Below are positions 1 through 14,000 of a DNA stretch of 64,000 nt, piece by piece. A program made the translations under genes and the position numbers. The DNA lies in NCBI RefSeq assembly GCF_964204865.1, contig NC_135261.1, forward strand, positions 19,778,001-19,842,000. The letters are read 5' to 3'. The notes beneath the pieces are model-generated. The model was not told the DNA's origin. It did not search any database and saw nothing but the letters and a program-made list of their open reading frames with translations. The stretch's first letter is position 1. Every line of letters begins with the position of its first letter. Source of the stretch: Styela clava (Eukaryota).

Positions 1-95
1 GTCAAAATATGGATTCGAAAAAGAATAAGAACCAAAACGAGGTAGCAACAGCGGCCCTATTGTTTTGTAATAGTGTCTACATAGTGGTATATCGC

Positions 96-710
96 AGCAA
101 TGTTCAACCCTAATGCTTTCAGGGGCCGCACATATATTTTAGTTTTTCCGCGGGCCGCAGACTAAATAACATGCTATAATCACGAAACGCAGTTTCATTT
201 TTGCGAAATATGACAAATGTGAAGAATGAATGATGATTTCAAGCAGTAATAAGATATAGACAGCATAGTAGTTCACTTCGGAATCTAGTGCGAAACCTAT
301 TTTTAAATGTTCTCCAACTTTTTAAATTTTAATATCGACGGGCATCTTGAACACTGAGCAAGGTAGTGTTAGTCATAGGTGTTCTTGTGCCTGCTCATAT
401 TTGACAATTTTTTTGTTTCTATATTTTCTCTGGAGATTAATGAATTCAAGTTGCTTAAATTCCACAGCCTCTTCCACTGGAATGTGACACGAACACATAA
501 AATTTTAAATAAAGTGTGGCCATATTTCAAATTAAATTGACATTCCACACATGCATCCGTAATATTACGTCACAATTGTACAATGCACAAGAATGATTTT
601 ATCTGATTGATAACGTTGTGAGTTTTACTGTGAACAGCTAGCTAAAGATCTGCGGCGAAAACTTCTCGATTGCCGCACAAATGTGCCCGCGGCCGCGGGT
701 TGGACACCGA
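96..710. mobile_element. hAT-type non-autonomous element (MITE), intronic
   Basis: Degenerate ends cagcaatgttcaacc...gcgggccgca (left) and gtgcccgcggccgcgggttggacacc (right) resemble Charlie/SPIN-like hAT termini. No clear TSD. Confidence 0.45.
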
Positions 711-878
711 TTGTTTACCGGATCTACCTATATAGTATTGTTTGATTGAATACGCGACTGGCACTTTTTCGAGACAGTGCAATCACATAGGCGCCAACAT
801 TGCCTACTTTCCAATGAATCCCATCTCTATGTTAAGTTACGTATCTTTAAGACAATCGCTACTAATATTCCCACTCAC

Positions 879-3800
879 CTCTATGGCAGTTGGATCTCTG
901 CAGCCTTCTTTTAATATGCGATGATGACTAACCAGTTCGACATCGCCAATACGCATCGGATTATCCGTCGAAAGCCAGTCTCCCCATCCAGCATTACCAT
1001 CGTCACAGTTACCGATGACAGTACGACCTTGCAACAAACAATTGGAAACAAATCAAGTACGTATAAAAGCAGTGTAGGAGTATATCATTGATTTGAATGT
1101 CTGTTTTGCATAAAAAAAAATACAAATCCAAACGCTTCTAATTCAGAGTTGAAAGAAAAGCATAACTTTCATAAACTCTGATATATGCATGTGCGGCATA
1201 AAAATTAAAAAAACGTAAAATTAATCACCTGGAACTTCACAACGATACTGGACATGGATGTACTTATGATGTGAGTCACGGATATAACTTTTCAAGCAAC
1301 GAGTACTTGCCATTGAGGAATCGGTTGCGGACAGAACGCACTGGTTCATTCCTTCACAACTCTCCCATATTAGCCTATACGACTGACTTTCGGGATTGCA
1401 ATTCCGTACCTTGGTGTCGGGCGCACATCTAAATTGAAATTGTTATGATTGTAATTGATAAGATGTTTTAAAAGTTGTAAACAAAGGAATAAAACGTTTT
1501 AAAAATTAGTAACAGGGGTTTGATTTGCGTTTGGAACCTGAACTTCAAGCCTTGTGTACTGGAATCACTCACATCGTCTGCTAAGCATTAAAAACAAATT
1601 AGCTTCTAATTTGTACAGGATCATACTTGAACCGGAAGAACCGGAATTGCACTTATTTTGTAACGAGCCGTTAAAACTTATTATTTTGCCGTATGGCGAA
1701 ACGCGAAACGCGACCCTTTTCTTAATTCATTCGAGCGGGAGCGACCGACTACCTGTTAGCTTCACTAACTAATCCAATGATAAGATTTGTTTACATGACT
1801 CTATCTCTCATTGACCCAATTGTTATGTTATAATTAGTTCGCCCATCACCCAAGTGACTACGCCATCTGCGTATGCTCTTTGAAATCATTGTGCTAGCAG
1901 GCCGGCTACACAAGACTGTTCTATGCAGCAACGTGGTTGACTTTACATCAGCGATGCTGCCGATTTGAACTGCAATGATTCTGCTTTGGAGTAAAGAAAC
2001 AACATACGAATCGTGATTATGAAACGATAATTGTAGAGATGCGCATTGACTTTCTTGTTCATCTCCGTAACAACTGATACTCAGCAATAACCTTGCGGCT
2101 ACGTGACAATTTGAGCATCAGCTCAGACTCTTTCAAAGCCCAGACATAGTTTCAAACATGGTCGTAAACACTGTCAATTGGAGACAGTTGCATTTTCCAT
2201 AACTTTGCACAAAATTGGATTCCTCTTATAAATTTCTGGTTGTGCCCCCTAGTTTTAACTGTTCAAAACACAGCACGGTTTTTCGATGACAGCGTGCGCT
2301 CTTCGAAAAAAGACAAAAGAGGGCATTGTAAGCCCGGTTCTTGCATTCCCAGAAATACCCAATTAATAACCGCAGCAGAAACCGTTTTATAGGTTGCGAG
2401 GGGGCCCATTTTCAAAATAGAGTTTTATTGATTAATCAAATGATTAACATGATTTTTTGCCGCTGGACACTATTAAAGAAAATGAATGTGGGATTTGAAC
2501 CAAAAACATTCAAGAATTTCTGTAAAAGTTCATAGATTTGAATTAGATAATAGTTGGAACCATTGGATGTACGTAATTTAAGTAACGGTAAGAGTTGTTT
2601 TAGCACTCGCAGTGTCAACATCTCAACTGATAGATTAGTTAAGGCAATATGAGACAGTTCAGCAGTTGGCAAAGTTTTCTTTCCAGTAGGCCAATTTGTA
2701 AAATTCAATGTCAGAATATACGTTTGCGTACCGTAACGAACGTAATAAAAAAAAAGAACTTTTTTATTGAAATCACCATCGGTGAAAGGCTTCCCGCAAA
2801 CACAAAATCTGGTATAAACAACTCTTGAAATTGGCTCACATCTGATTTTGACCTCTTGGCTATAGGCATCGCGTTTATCACCACGGTTAAAAACGAAATG
2901 AACGCAAATACCGGCATGCGAGCGAACAATAATGACGTAAAAATAAAAAACGATAATGATGAATCAATAAGTAAAAACAGCAAATCTAACCACGTGTTTC
3001 GCACCGAATGTACGGGAATTGATTTTTATTATTTTAACATTTTAAAAGCCTGTTTTTGGAAAAAATTTCGCGACGCCGCGTGCCGTATAAAATCACCTCA
3101 CGTCCCATGATTGGCACGCGTGTCGGGAGTTGCCCACCCCTGCTAGGAAAGGGCGCTACCATGTGGCATTCCGCCAAGCTCAATTCACCGATCATAACGT
3201 CGAACCTGATGCCCAGCTAACTCTTTACCGGTACCGATGGGCATGTGAAAAACCACAGCAATAGGCTTCAATATTAGTTTACAGCATTTCGGGTAGACGA
3301 GCGCGTAAAATGCATTTTGAGAAACACTAATTTTGAAATCGAAAAATATGGCACGGACGTGTATACAAGTTGGCCACATATTGGCGTTGAAGCGATGCTT
3401 CTGGATGAAAAAATTTCAACCTATATACCTTGACAAAATGCATCGTTTTTTATTTCCGTCAGTTTTCCCAAAGCGCAAAAACGTACCAAAGTACTAAATA
3501 AATGTCTCAGTGAGCAAATCTGATGTCGCATGTTATACATATAGTACTTAAAGTAATCAAGTAAAGACTTGATTAATCTTCTGATCGGCAAGGAAAAATA
3601 CTTAATTGTTAGTCTCTATGATACAGTACAGTAGTAGATCTCAACTATGTAAGTCAGTAGCTTCAGTAATCAGTAGTTTTTTCATCATAATAAAAATAAT
3701 ATTACATATAAAATGAAGTGGAAACGTTGCATTTCAGCGTGAAAGGAGACGCGATAAACCATTAGGCAGCAGCAAAACATGTGAGAATATCCAATTTCAA

Positions 3801-6800
3801 ATTATACTAGGGTAAAAAGTTGAACACAGCATAATAACAAAAATGTGGCCGATGAAAACTTTGAAGCGACTAGATATTTTCACTATTAACTCTATATTTT
3901 GGTGTGACTATTATTACATTGCAGAAATTGTTGGACGCGGAATCGCCCCGAATAATTTGTTGCTGCATTGTTGTTTTTTCTGTACCTCTGCATCTAATGG
4001 TCGAATCGATTTCAAATGAAATTTCGGAAATATGAGAACACTTCAGGTTTTCGCTCTCGCCCATCGATCTGTTTAGCAAACTCTATGTTCAGACGGCCCA
4101 CCAATTTTTGCACGAGCATGTCAGCTTTTCGACGTTTGTTCAGTGTGTTTCCGTTATTTTATCAAGTATTGCCTCTATTCTTGATAAACTGTTCGGTTGC
4201 CAATGGGCTTGTAAATTTGGGTCTCGAAACAGATGTAATAGTGGTGCTCAATGTATAGATATATGCCCATCCATTAAATATTTTTTGAGGTTGTGGGAGT
4301 ACACTTAAAAAATTGTAGAGAAGTTTTTATTTCTATGTTTTAATTGCGGCAACATCTGTCCTACTCCTAACGTAACAAGTAGTGGATAGCTTCTGTTGAC
4401 TAAAACGATTGGTTGCAAACTAGAAGTTTAGTAAGAGGCATACGGGGAAATCGTTTTTGTGATAGATTGTAATCCCAACCAATTTTTTTGCATGTTGTGC
4501 TAAAAATAAAGGAATAGTTATGATATCACTGTTCATGCGCATGACTTAATTTTATTTTTCAATCTTTGAAAGTAGTAACAAGATGCGCATGCTATGAGGA
4601 TATTAAATTTTATGAAGTGAAATCATTCACATGTTTTTTTTACATCCAGACAATACAAATATCGATACACAATTTCATAGAAATTTTAATCACCAAAATG
4701 TTATTTATTGATGTATTTTCATTTCTGTTTACTATTTGAGTCTAGTAAATCGTTCAAATTGTCACAGATCAAACGCCTGGACACTCCATGGTTACCACTT
4801 ACCAGTGATGAAATTTTTGCTTTTAAAAAAATGACAATAAATGATTTAGTCTAGTCCTCGGCTCGGCTCGATTAAACCTAATATATATCTAGATGACATT
4901 TATACCGATTAATCTTCTGTATACATAACAGCTTATTGATGCGAAAGTTAAATTTCAAAGTGTATCTGGCATATCAACTTTATTATCCTTTGTATAATAA
5001 ACACAATAAGCAGCTCCTTATGACCTGGAATACGGGCGATATAACAGTTGTTAGTGATATATATATATATATATTGACGCAAGCTTATCGCATTTATGCG
5101 GGATTATAGCAAGTAGTTTTTATTATATGAATAAAGGGGTTGATAATATCCACAATCGTATAAAAACCGGTTTGATATAAGGTAATATTTTAGATGGTAA
5201 ATCATAGCAACAAATTTATTATAAAATGAACTTTTTCCATAATATAAAGATATTCAAAATCGACGAGATTCAAATAAGGTTTTAGCACCAAAAGAATTGG
5301 TTGTAGTTGAAGTTTAAAATAGAGAATTACAAAATGGATGCATTCTCGCCATTATATTTCCCGAATTGTTAATAACCTAAGTAAATTTTTTTCATAAACT
5401 GTTTGATGTACACATTTGAGTTGATGTTGCTTGGAAAGCAATTTCGTGTATTTGTGTAAAATTTTATATGGTACTTTCTTGCTTTTTACAAAATAAACAA
5501 CATCTCATGACCTGGAATCCGACGATACACAGTAAGCGATTTAATGAAGATAAGCCTATCGTCGGTGTCAAATACTTGCGCTTATACGAGATTATGTTTG
5601 GTATCGTTTATTATGTGAACAAAGAGAAGAATAACTACTACAATCTTTTGAAGCATCTGAAAGCATGTTGTTGAACAAGTTGATATACGGAAACATTTTA
5701 GTTGGTAAAGTCATAATAAAAATTGGGTGCTCCCGAAGTATGCGAACCAAGATGGCGGACATCGGAACGTAACATGGGTAACAGGTTAGGGTTAGGCGAT
5801 AATTTTTTTCCAATTTACCTTATTTTAGTCCTATTATCAGTTCGAAGACTAGCCAAGATCCTCCCGTAGTATTTATACCTAAAATTATGGCCTAAACCTA
5901 ACCTAGTACACATATTACATTCCGATGTCCGCCATCTTGGTTCGCATACTTCGGGAGCCCCAAAAATTGTGATATTAATGTTCACTCTGTTGCTTTAAGA
6001 GATTGTTGATTTCGTCAAAAGATATCGACAAGATTCCCATCTTTATTAATTAAATAATAAAAATATTTTATCAGAACAATTCGCACATTTACTTTTATCC
6101 GAAGGGCATCGATTACTTTCCATATTATTGGGAACTTTTGCATCCAATATTTTGTTTTATATGTTACCATTCATGGTTAATCTTAACCCGATTACTCTCG
6201 CCAGTTGCCGAACAAGATATAGCAAAGGCCCTCAAATGTAGATACGCAGATATCGAATACACTTTTGTATTACATTCAATACAATTACCTCAACTATAGA
6301 TTCCGAACGCCTAATTCCAAAAGCGCAAAGGGGGTTAAACCGCCTAAGATTTTTGCGCCAGAAGCATATGCGATAAGAGTACAATTTGGAAAAATTAATT
6401 TACTTCTCAGTTGGACACATTGAAGTTTTTTATGTAACAAACTCACATCGTCCCTCTCCTCCGTCCATAGTAACCTTTCTGTAAATAAATAACTTTTCCT
6501 TCTTCGCATCGTATCACCATCTGTTCTCCTTGGCAGATGTATTCGTCATAGACATTGTCTTAATACAAATATGAGACTTTTTTAGAATTCGTGAGTTATG
6601 CAGAAGTAGTTAAAGAACAAAACCCGGTCGCTCCATCCCATCAAGAAATTAGGACACGGAAAAGGGCAAACATTATACCAGATAAACTATTTATTATTGA
6701 ACAGTAGAATGAGTAAATTCTCTCTGTTACTTCTACGTAAAATTTCCATTCGAGGTTTTCTAGTTGTATATTTTGTTTTGGTGAAGTGTGCTAGTTTCAA

Positions 6801-6989
6801 TTCAACTGCATTACTGCAAAGCCATTATCGCGCATTAGCGCAAGATTTTTCAATATATCGTCCGCATACTAGCTATGTATAATTGACGCACGTAAAAAAA
6901 TTTGTTGACTTACCATTCTGAGCACATAAACCCCATGTAACAAGAAAGAAGATAACTGCGTATTGCAGATATCTTGATACTTCCTCCAT
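879..6989 (-). CDS. Secreted SUEL (galactose/rhamnose-binding lectin) + mucin WxxW-domain protein, 3'-incomplete; exons 6914-6989, 6447-6558, 1229-1428, 879-1027
   Basis: GT-AG exons join in phase to give MEEVSRYLQYAVIFFLVTWGLCAQN-DNVYDEYICQGEQMVIRCEEGKVIYLQKGYYGRRRGTI-CAPDTKVRNCNPESQSYRLIWESCEGMNQCVLSATDSSMASTRCLKSYIRDSHHKYIHVQYRCEVP-GRTVIGNCDDGNAGWGDWLSTDNPMRIGDVELVSHHRILKEGCRDPTAIE. This has a signal peptide, the 8-Cys SUEL pattern with YGR and KY.VQY.C, then W..W...D.P...GD.E...C..P..I of the WxxW domain. The next exon was not found in the window. Confidence 0.85.
2430..3143 (-). mobile_element. Internally deleted hAT (SPIN/Buster/GTF2IRD2-like) transposon remnant
   Basis: Terminus CAGGGGTGGGCAAC on the minus strand at ~3143, with fragments GKPFTDGDF and KFLNVFGS (hAT dimerisation-like). 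Left end not defined. Confidence 0.55.
3870..4520 (-). mobile_element. Highly decayed hAT (Buster/Charlie-like) transposase fragments
   Basis: Minus-strand pieces such as NDFPVCLL and a KP...EQFIK-like stretch resemble the N-terminal region of these transposases. Many stops and frameshifts. Confidence 0.3.
5725..5961. mobile_element. Fold-back MITE with ~40-bp perfect terminal inverted repeats
   Basis: gctcccgaagtatgcgaaccaagatggcggacatcggaa and its exact reverse complement form the two ends. Mirrored ggttagggttagg / cctaaacctaacc lie inside, and aaaaatt flanks both sides (possible TSD). Confidence 0.85.
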
Positions 6990-8254
6990 TTTCAAACTAT
7001 TGATACCCCCGACTTCCCGAGAGCATTTATTGTACAAATCACAATATTTCTCTATTTATAGCGTTTGGGAGCAATCACCATTTCTGATTTGCAATTGGGC
7101 GATGTAGCCTCAGGCCGACACGTGAAACGAATAGGCGTTTTAGCATTTTTTTTTGTTATTCTCGACACATTAAATCTCAGATCAACTTTCACGCGAAATG
7201 AAACAAGTCACTTACATAAAACAATCATTTAAAACGAGATAATTTTTGTTCGAATAGTTTTATTTAAAATCTATAACCCGTTTCGCTTGTAGTCGTCTGC
7301 GATATACGCCAGACGTCGAAACTTACCTTCAACTTAACGATTTTATGAATATACTGCCTTATTGGCTGAATAGCACATCGATTTTGTCCTTAAGATCAAT
7401 TAACTGATCACTTATAATAACAATTAAACACTGAACGAGTTAAATCACAATTAATCAAAAAAATTGTATTTTGATCATCAATGATTTATATATAATACGA
7501 ATTGATTTTTTTGTATACATATATATATATATATATATGAAGTCCTTAGTAGAATATATTTTTACTCTGGTTCATGATCGCTTTTCGTTATGCTGGCTAT
7601 GTGACACTTGAGTGCGTTATGACCATTCGTATGCAGACAATTGAAATGAAGAAAGTCACGATAAACGAACTTTTTACAGAAGGCCAACTCAGGCTAACCT
7701 CCGTGTGGGATGGCAAGCTAAAATATTGTAGCCTAATATATAAGAAGTAATACTGACCTGATGCAATTTGGTGGGACTGCGTATTCATTTTAAATAGCCA
7801 AGGCTGATTTTGGACAAGGATAGAGAGTCCGAACGTGTGGTCGTACTTACATGCTTTTTGCTGGCGTTGGAATAAAAAACACGGGGATTTGTAATAGAAG
7901 TTTAAATCAATTCATTGGATTCAGGAGTCGCAGCGTGTTTTTCAAACTGCCACAATCAGCAATTGCAATCTAGCATTTCAACTGCAGCGTTAAACAGCTC
8001 ACGAACAAGTAAGTTTCCTAATCATAATTTTCACATCCCGAGATCAAAGAAAAAGCTGAATTTGTAACGTCGTGAGGCCAGTATAGATGTTTCGTTTATC
8101 CGTAGCCATGAGCAGAAGCATAAAGCCGGCCTAAATCGAAGCCGGCCATGAGTGATTTTGTTATTCGTAAACACTTCCGCTGCAGGAGATGATCAAATCT
8201 CGGGAAATATTTCAAATCACCGCAAATATATAATTACAGTTATTCACGAGCGAA

Positions 8255-8590
8255 CATGACTGTGGGTACAAATGTATGCAGGTGGAATTGTAACCGGTAA
8301 AGATGTTAATGGGAGAATGCATATACGTGTAAACGCGCGTGATGCAAATGTGGATTGGTACCAATGCATGTGCAAATGTGCGTGGGTACAAATGTTCATG
8401 GGTACAAATGTACGTGAGTGCAAATGCAGATGGGTGCAAAGGTACGCGGGTGCAGTGTACGTGAGTGCAAATGTAGATGGGTGCAAAAGTACGCGGGTGC
8501 AGTGTACGTGAGTGCAAATATACGGGGGAGCAAATGTTCAGAGTGAAAATATCCGTGGAGGCAAATTCACGGGGTTGCAAATAATTGGGG
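8255..8590. repeat. Tandem array of ~16-bp GGGTGCAAATGTACGT-like units
   Basis: Repeated g(g/a)gt(g/a)caaatgt motifs, related to the gggttcaaatgtac subrepeats of the MITE family at 11357, 23229 and 48552. Confidence 0.75.
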
Positions 8591-9639
8591 AAGCATGTTG
8601 TATATCATTCGGCAAATAAGTTAACAGACATACGTCAAAAAGAGAAACCTGAACTAGGTCACTCAGATATGGAAAGTGCGCAGTCCAACAATGATATACC
8701 GGTATATGCAATTTGGCTCGCAGAAAAACAATTTGATCTTAAATGGTTTGAAAATCACTACAAATTGAAGAATTTTTGTTCGATTTTCGATTGAACTTCC
8801 ATGATGTTTCGTTCTCTATCTAGCTACGGGTTCTCAACACATGACTCGACATCATCAACTTATATTATCAGTAAACATAAAAAGCACCGCGTAGTAGATC
8901 AGTTACAATGCGACAACCACGTTTTACAGGGTCAACCAAGGACATTGAACACAGGGGGCGCTACAGGGCATATTACGTCATATCGTAACACATGATATCT
9001 ACGGGTTGTCAACGTATTCCCGATAAGAGATAACGGGCAACCCAGTGTGAAATTCCGAAAATCGATTTTGCAGGAGAATCTCATATTCAGATGAAAACGC
9101 AAACAAGTCTGAGATGATGCCCTACAAATTGTTGCGATCGCTAACAAGATAGAAATGCTCAAAGATATGAACACGAAAGTCATATGATTACGTGATGGGG
9201 CTAAATACATGCTGTGTTGAATTGGTACCGTTAAGTAGTAAGGCCGAACATCAAGTCCGCAATACAAAACGAAGCACAGCAATAACGGGGGCGATCATGC
9301 TTAACGCAGTAAACACAATGTTGTCATGATTTAAAGTAAAATATAGAGTTTTTGGGTGAAATATCGGAACTCATGGGACTCAGAGACGAATATAAAAATG
9401 AAAAAAAAGTAATAGAATTACGGTGACTACATCTACCAAAACGTGCTGGTAATTTGTAATCGATGGTTCCATCAGTCATGGGGAAAGCGACTTTTTGCTT
9501 TTGTTCTGTTACAATAATAAACCCTGGTAATATACTATTGCAAACTGGAAGGGAACTCAACTTCTGATACTCGGATGCTACAGTTACACGTTTGCTGTTT
9601 TCAAGTACACGACTTTGCGAATGTTGCCATTTCTTACTA

Positions 9640-10684
9640 CAGTGGTCTTCAACCTTCGATCGAACCCCTGGGGTTCGGTGGAGCTGTTCCAGAGAATCGA
9701 CGGAGGTCCTATAAAACAGCTACATATTATGATACTTTTCTATTACCTATAGCCTACTAACTGTGAAAAAAATAACTATGGTTCATCACAGATCTTCAAA
9801 CTTATACGTTCGGGAACTAATAAATTAGCTTAGTTGTGTGTATAGCTTGCCACAGATATAAATTTTATTGGATCTGTCGATATTACTCCTTAGATTCCAG
9901 TACATTTTTTCGAAAACTCGTATCTCCACAGATGTCGCACGCTATAGGGTGTGTATACCTAAATATGATAGCACTTTTAGATGCTTTCTGCTTTTGGCTT
10001 GCGAATATCTTAGGTTGTCATGGCAAACCAAGGAGTATATTGGCGACCCTTATTCACATTCTACCGTACTAATAAAATTTACACCAGTTTTACAGATAAA
10101 TTGAAGATAGGCCGTAAATGTACATAAATGAATTCAAAATCAGAGTGTGTTTGAATTTTCTATGTAATAAATTAGCGACAAAGAATAATTAGTTGCAGAG
10201 TTTTGCCCGAAGTTATTATCATTTGTTCCGGACAACTCGATATGTCGCCGAGTCATATCCTATCTTTATTTCTTTAATATGAAACAATTGGCAAACGCAT
10301 TTATCCTTATTTTCAATGCAGTTTGAGGTTTGAGCAACAAATGACTTGAACTACCAACGTTTTTGAGGCATATTATCATTTTTCAAAGTTGCTATTTTGT
10401 ATCAGTTTTTTTCGTCTTTTCACCCGCATAACTTGAACAGCAAAAAAACACCTTCTTCCCATGCGTCGACACTATTGTGACAAAACGATAGCTATTTCCA
10501 AACGGGATATTGGTATCTGAGGTTACACCACAATTTTCATTTTCATAACCTTGCACGAGATTAGCTTTCTCTTTATAGAGTTAGGATTGGACTCTTAATT
10601 TCAACCGTTAAGTACCATGGGTTCGACGGGAGCTTGCAGAGTAGCGCAGGGTTTCGGCAGGCTCACAACGATTAAGAATCACTG
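9640..10684. mobile_element. hAT non-autonomous element
   Basis: Ends cagtggtcttcaacc / gattaagaatcactg, with subterminal cgaacccctggggttcg motifs. 8-bp flanks tcttacta / gcttaata (6/8 match). Confidence 0.65.
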
Positions 10685-11091
10685 GCTTAATACGACATTC
10701 GTTGTATAGGTCTGTATATATTCGTGTTATTTTTGAAGAAAGTTTACAAAATCTCACTATATCTCCATAATTATAGGCATGTCAATACATAAAACCAATT
10801 AAGTGATGTAATTTATTTGAAATATATTCCAATAGATATCAACATACGCGGAAATTATACGCATAATTTGAATACATGATTTCTTGAAGTTGGATAACTA
10901 AGCCAGTAATTTTGAATTTCAAAATGCATCTTTCTAACTAAGTTGAAAAAGATATTCGTTTAAAAGCAGATGAATTGTCGGCAAGATTTTATGATGAAAC
11001 TGAAAAAGTTTTCTAAGTCTATTTGAATAACGATATTATTTAATGTTCATCACGGGGGGTTATTGTCGGAGTTTGTGATCAATTTATGTGA

Positions 11092-14000
11092 TCACTTCCT
11101 ACATTGGGTCAAATCGACGCATGTTTTCTCCGATGAACTCTTCAGGACTTTTCCTTGTGGACATTGGCATTTGTTGCTCTGATCACAGCTTTTGTCACAA
11201 ACTGGTGACGGGTTATCGCATGTTGCGGGACACTTAGAAGCGCAGTTGTTGTAGACCTGACCTCCTTCACAAGCTTGATGAAAATAAAATAAATGTGTTG
11301 ATTAACATTGCCATAATTTGGTGGAACGTGATAAAAATTCTAGCGAAGAAAATTTTGGTGACAGCACATTTGAACCCACGTACATTTGAACCCATAGATT
11401 TGCACCCGTATATTCGCGGGTTCTATTTATATGCGGGTGCTTAAATACATGGGTTAGGGTTAGTATGGGTTCAAATATTCGTATGTGCAAATTTCCATAG
11501 GTGCAATAGTATGCAGGTGCAATTGTCGTGGGTTCAAATCTACGTGGGTTCAAATGTAATGGAACCGAAAATTTTATTTCCCGTTATTAAAAAAATGTGA
11601 AATTTTCTACTTTTTTTACCTCTGCAATTAAATCCGTCACCAAAATATTGATCTCTGCATTGACATTTACCCTGATTATTTTCTACTCTGCAATCCGCTT
11701 TATCATGACATCGATTTTGACATTTGTCTTTCGGACGACGTTGAATTTCTGAAAATGGATATTTATTTAACACAGACACCTTATACAGTACATCATAGTA
11801 TACATATAGATTACCACAATTTATAAAAATAATTAAAAAGTTCAATTTGTTGGAAAATTTCCTGCACACCTAATAACCTATGGTGTTGCATAATTGAGAC
11901 GGGCATTTATTATCAAGAATATCAGATAGGTTTACGCAGACTGCAAATGGATTTCTATAAAACTTACTGTCACATCTAGGCTGTGAACCAGACCATTTTC
12001 CATTATTTTGACAAGTACGTTGAGATGGTCCAGTGATTTTGTGCCCTTTGAAGCAAGTATATGTTACGACAGTTCCAACTTTGTATTGTTTGTCACTTGT
12101 CGTCACCTTCCCTTTCGAAAGTCTCGGTGGTTTTTCACAATTTTTCTTCTTTGGGGGACCTGATATACATGAAAATTTATATTTCATTTACTTATATCAT
12201 TTATACGTATATCATTTACTTATACAGTAATATGATGAATTATATCAAATTAGAATATTAAGACAAATATTAGAATGCTGACCATCTGTTGAACATAAAT
12301 CTGCGTACCGTTTCTCGGAGAGAAAAATTGGATTTTGTGTTGTTTCTTCATAAAATTACCCAGAAAAATCTTTTGACATATTGTTACATCACTAATGTCA
12401 CTGAATTTCTAGTGTTATGACTAGCTGAGGCAAAGTTGAATGATGTGCTTGCAGTCTAAATTGTTACCTGGCACTCTATCTTTTTGTTCGGGAATATGTG
12501 CTAACAATTTTGGCATCATAGAAAACTAAAAATCGAATGTGGATTCTACTAGCCTAGGTTCGATATGCCTGATAACTATATATTAATAACAATATAATTT
12601 ATGCCGGGTGTTTTTGCAACCAGCCTAAACAGTATCAAAATAATGCCGCTTATATGTCAGAAAATTTAGTAATTTCCCTCTTTTACCTTACATTTGGTAA
12701 TCAATCAATCTGCAGTTATTTGTACAAGGTTATTTTGTAAACATGAGTTCGAAAAGAAAGCTGACAAATTCAAACAGATTTTTAATTGGATGTGGGAGGG
12801 AAAATATCAAAATGCTTGCTTGATATGCCAGCAAGTTGTGTCGGTAATAAAAGAATATAATTTAAAACGGCATTTTAGAATCTTGTGAGCAATTAGCATT
12901 TTTCAAAGTTAGGATTTTGCTTTAAAAATCTTATCGATGTTCAAAAGCACCTACATTTGCGCAAGCACTTTCCCGTTATGTTTGAAATCTTACACTAAAT
13001 GTAAATATAGAAAGATTCTTGCAGGTTCTAGTAAGTTTTTTGGTGCTTTTTGCATATTTTAGCTTAATAAATACTGATCAATGTGTTTGCACAATAAAAG
13101 TGTTTGTTTTGTTTTGCACTATTTGCCTATTCTTGGCACTATCGTGGCCCGAGAACAATGCAAAAATAGTTTTGTGGCCCCCGTAGCCGACAACCTTGGA
13201 CTAATCTGCTCTAGTTCTAGATGATTACGATTGGTTGTCCAACTTGGTTTCTTATCAATATATATATATATATATATGTTATTGCGAATGAGGAACACTT
13301 ATTATGGCTTAGTCGTCAATATATGCCTTTAACTAAATACCCTAAACCCACCTTCACATCTAGGCACTTGGCCGCTCCATTTCCCATTTGGCTGACATGT
13401 TATCTGGGAATTCCCTATCAGCATGTAAGGATCCCTGCATCGATACGTCACAGTAGTTCTCGGTTTAAAATTCCAATCGCTCGTCTGCATGTTTGCATGA
13501 GGAATATCTTGTGGTCTTTGACATTTTCGAGTGCGCTTTTGCCCTATATACCGATATTGGAATATCATTAGTCCAACTAATATAATGTCATATCAAACTG
13601 GAGCCATAAAATCCCTTTAATACTATAGCGACCATGCAACCTGCGACCCACTGGCCAAATGCGGCCCACAAGAAAAAAATTGTGCGTCCCGCGGAGAAGT
13701 GCCAATTTTGAATTGTGTGCGGCTCGCAAAACGAATTTTTAATTTAGTTTAATCTAGTTAGTATGTGCGAGTAGTTCCAATCCCTTCGCTTTGCAAAGCC
13801 TATAATTTGGTCCAAATTATCATCTACGCCTATGACGGTTATGCAGCTATTGCTTGTGCAAAGCGATCAACGTATGTCATAAGATCAATTTGTGCCTGTA
13901 ACTACTAGAAAGAGTGGCCCGCGGTTTCACCCGGTTATCTGTATTTGGCACTTCTGATGTTGCACACCCGTGCTGTAGGAGATCGCGATCTATTATAATA

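Noticed and set aside
1567-1590. cagacgat|gtgagt micro-exon resembling the 6447 donor
   Set aside because: The SUEL halves already join in phase without it, and there is no other support.
8212-8580. Three overlapping ORFs
   Set aside because: They are translations of a tandem repeat.
11452-11464. TTAGGG motifs as telomere or interstitial telomere
   Set aside because: Only about two units, always embedded in a dispersed repeat.
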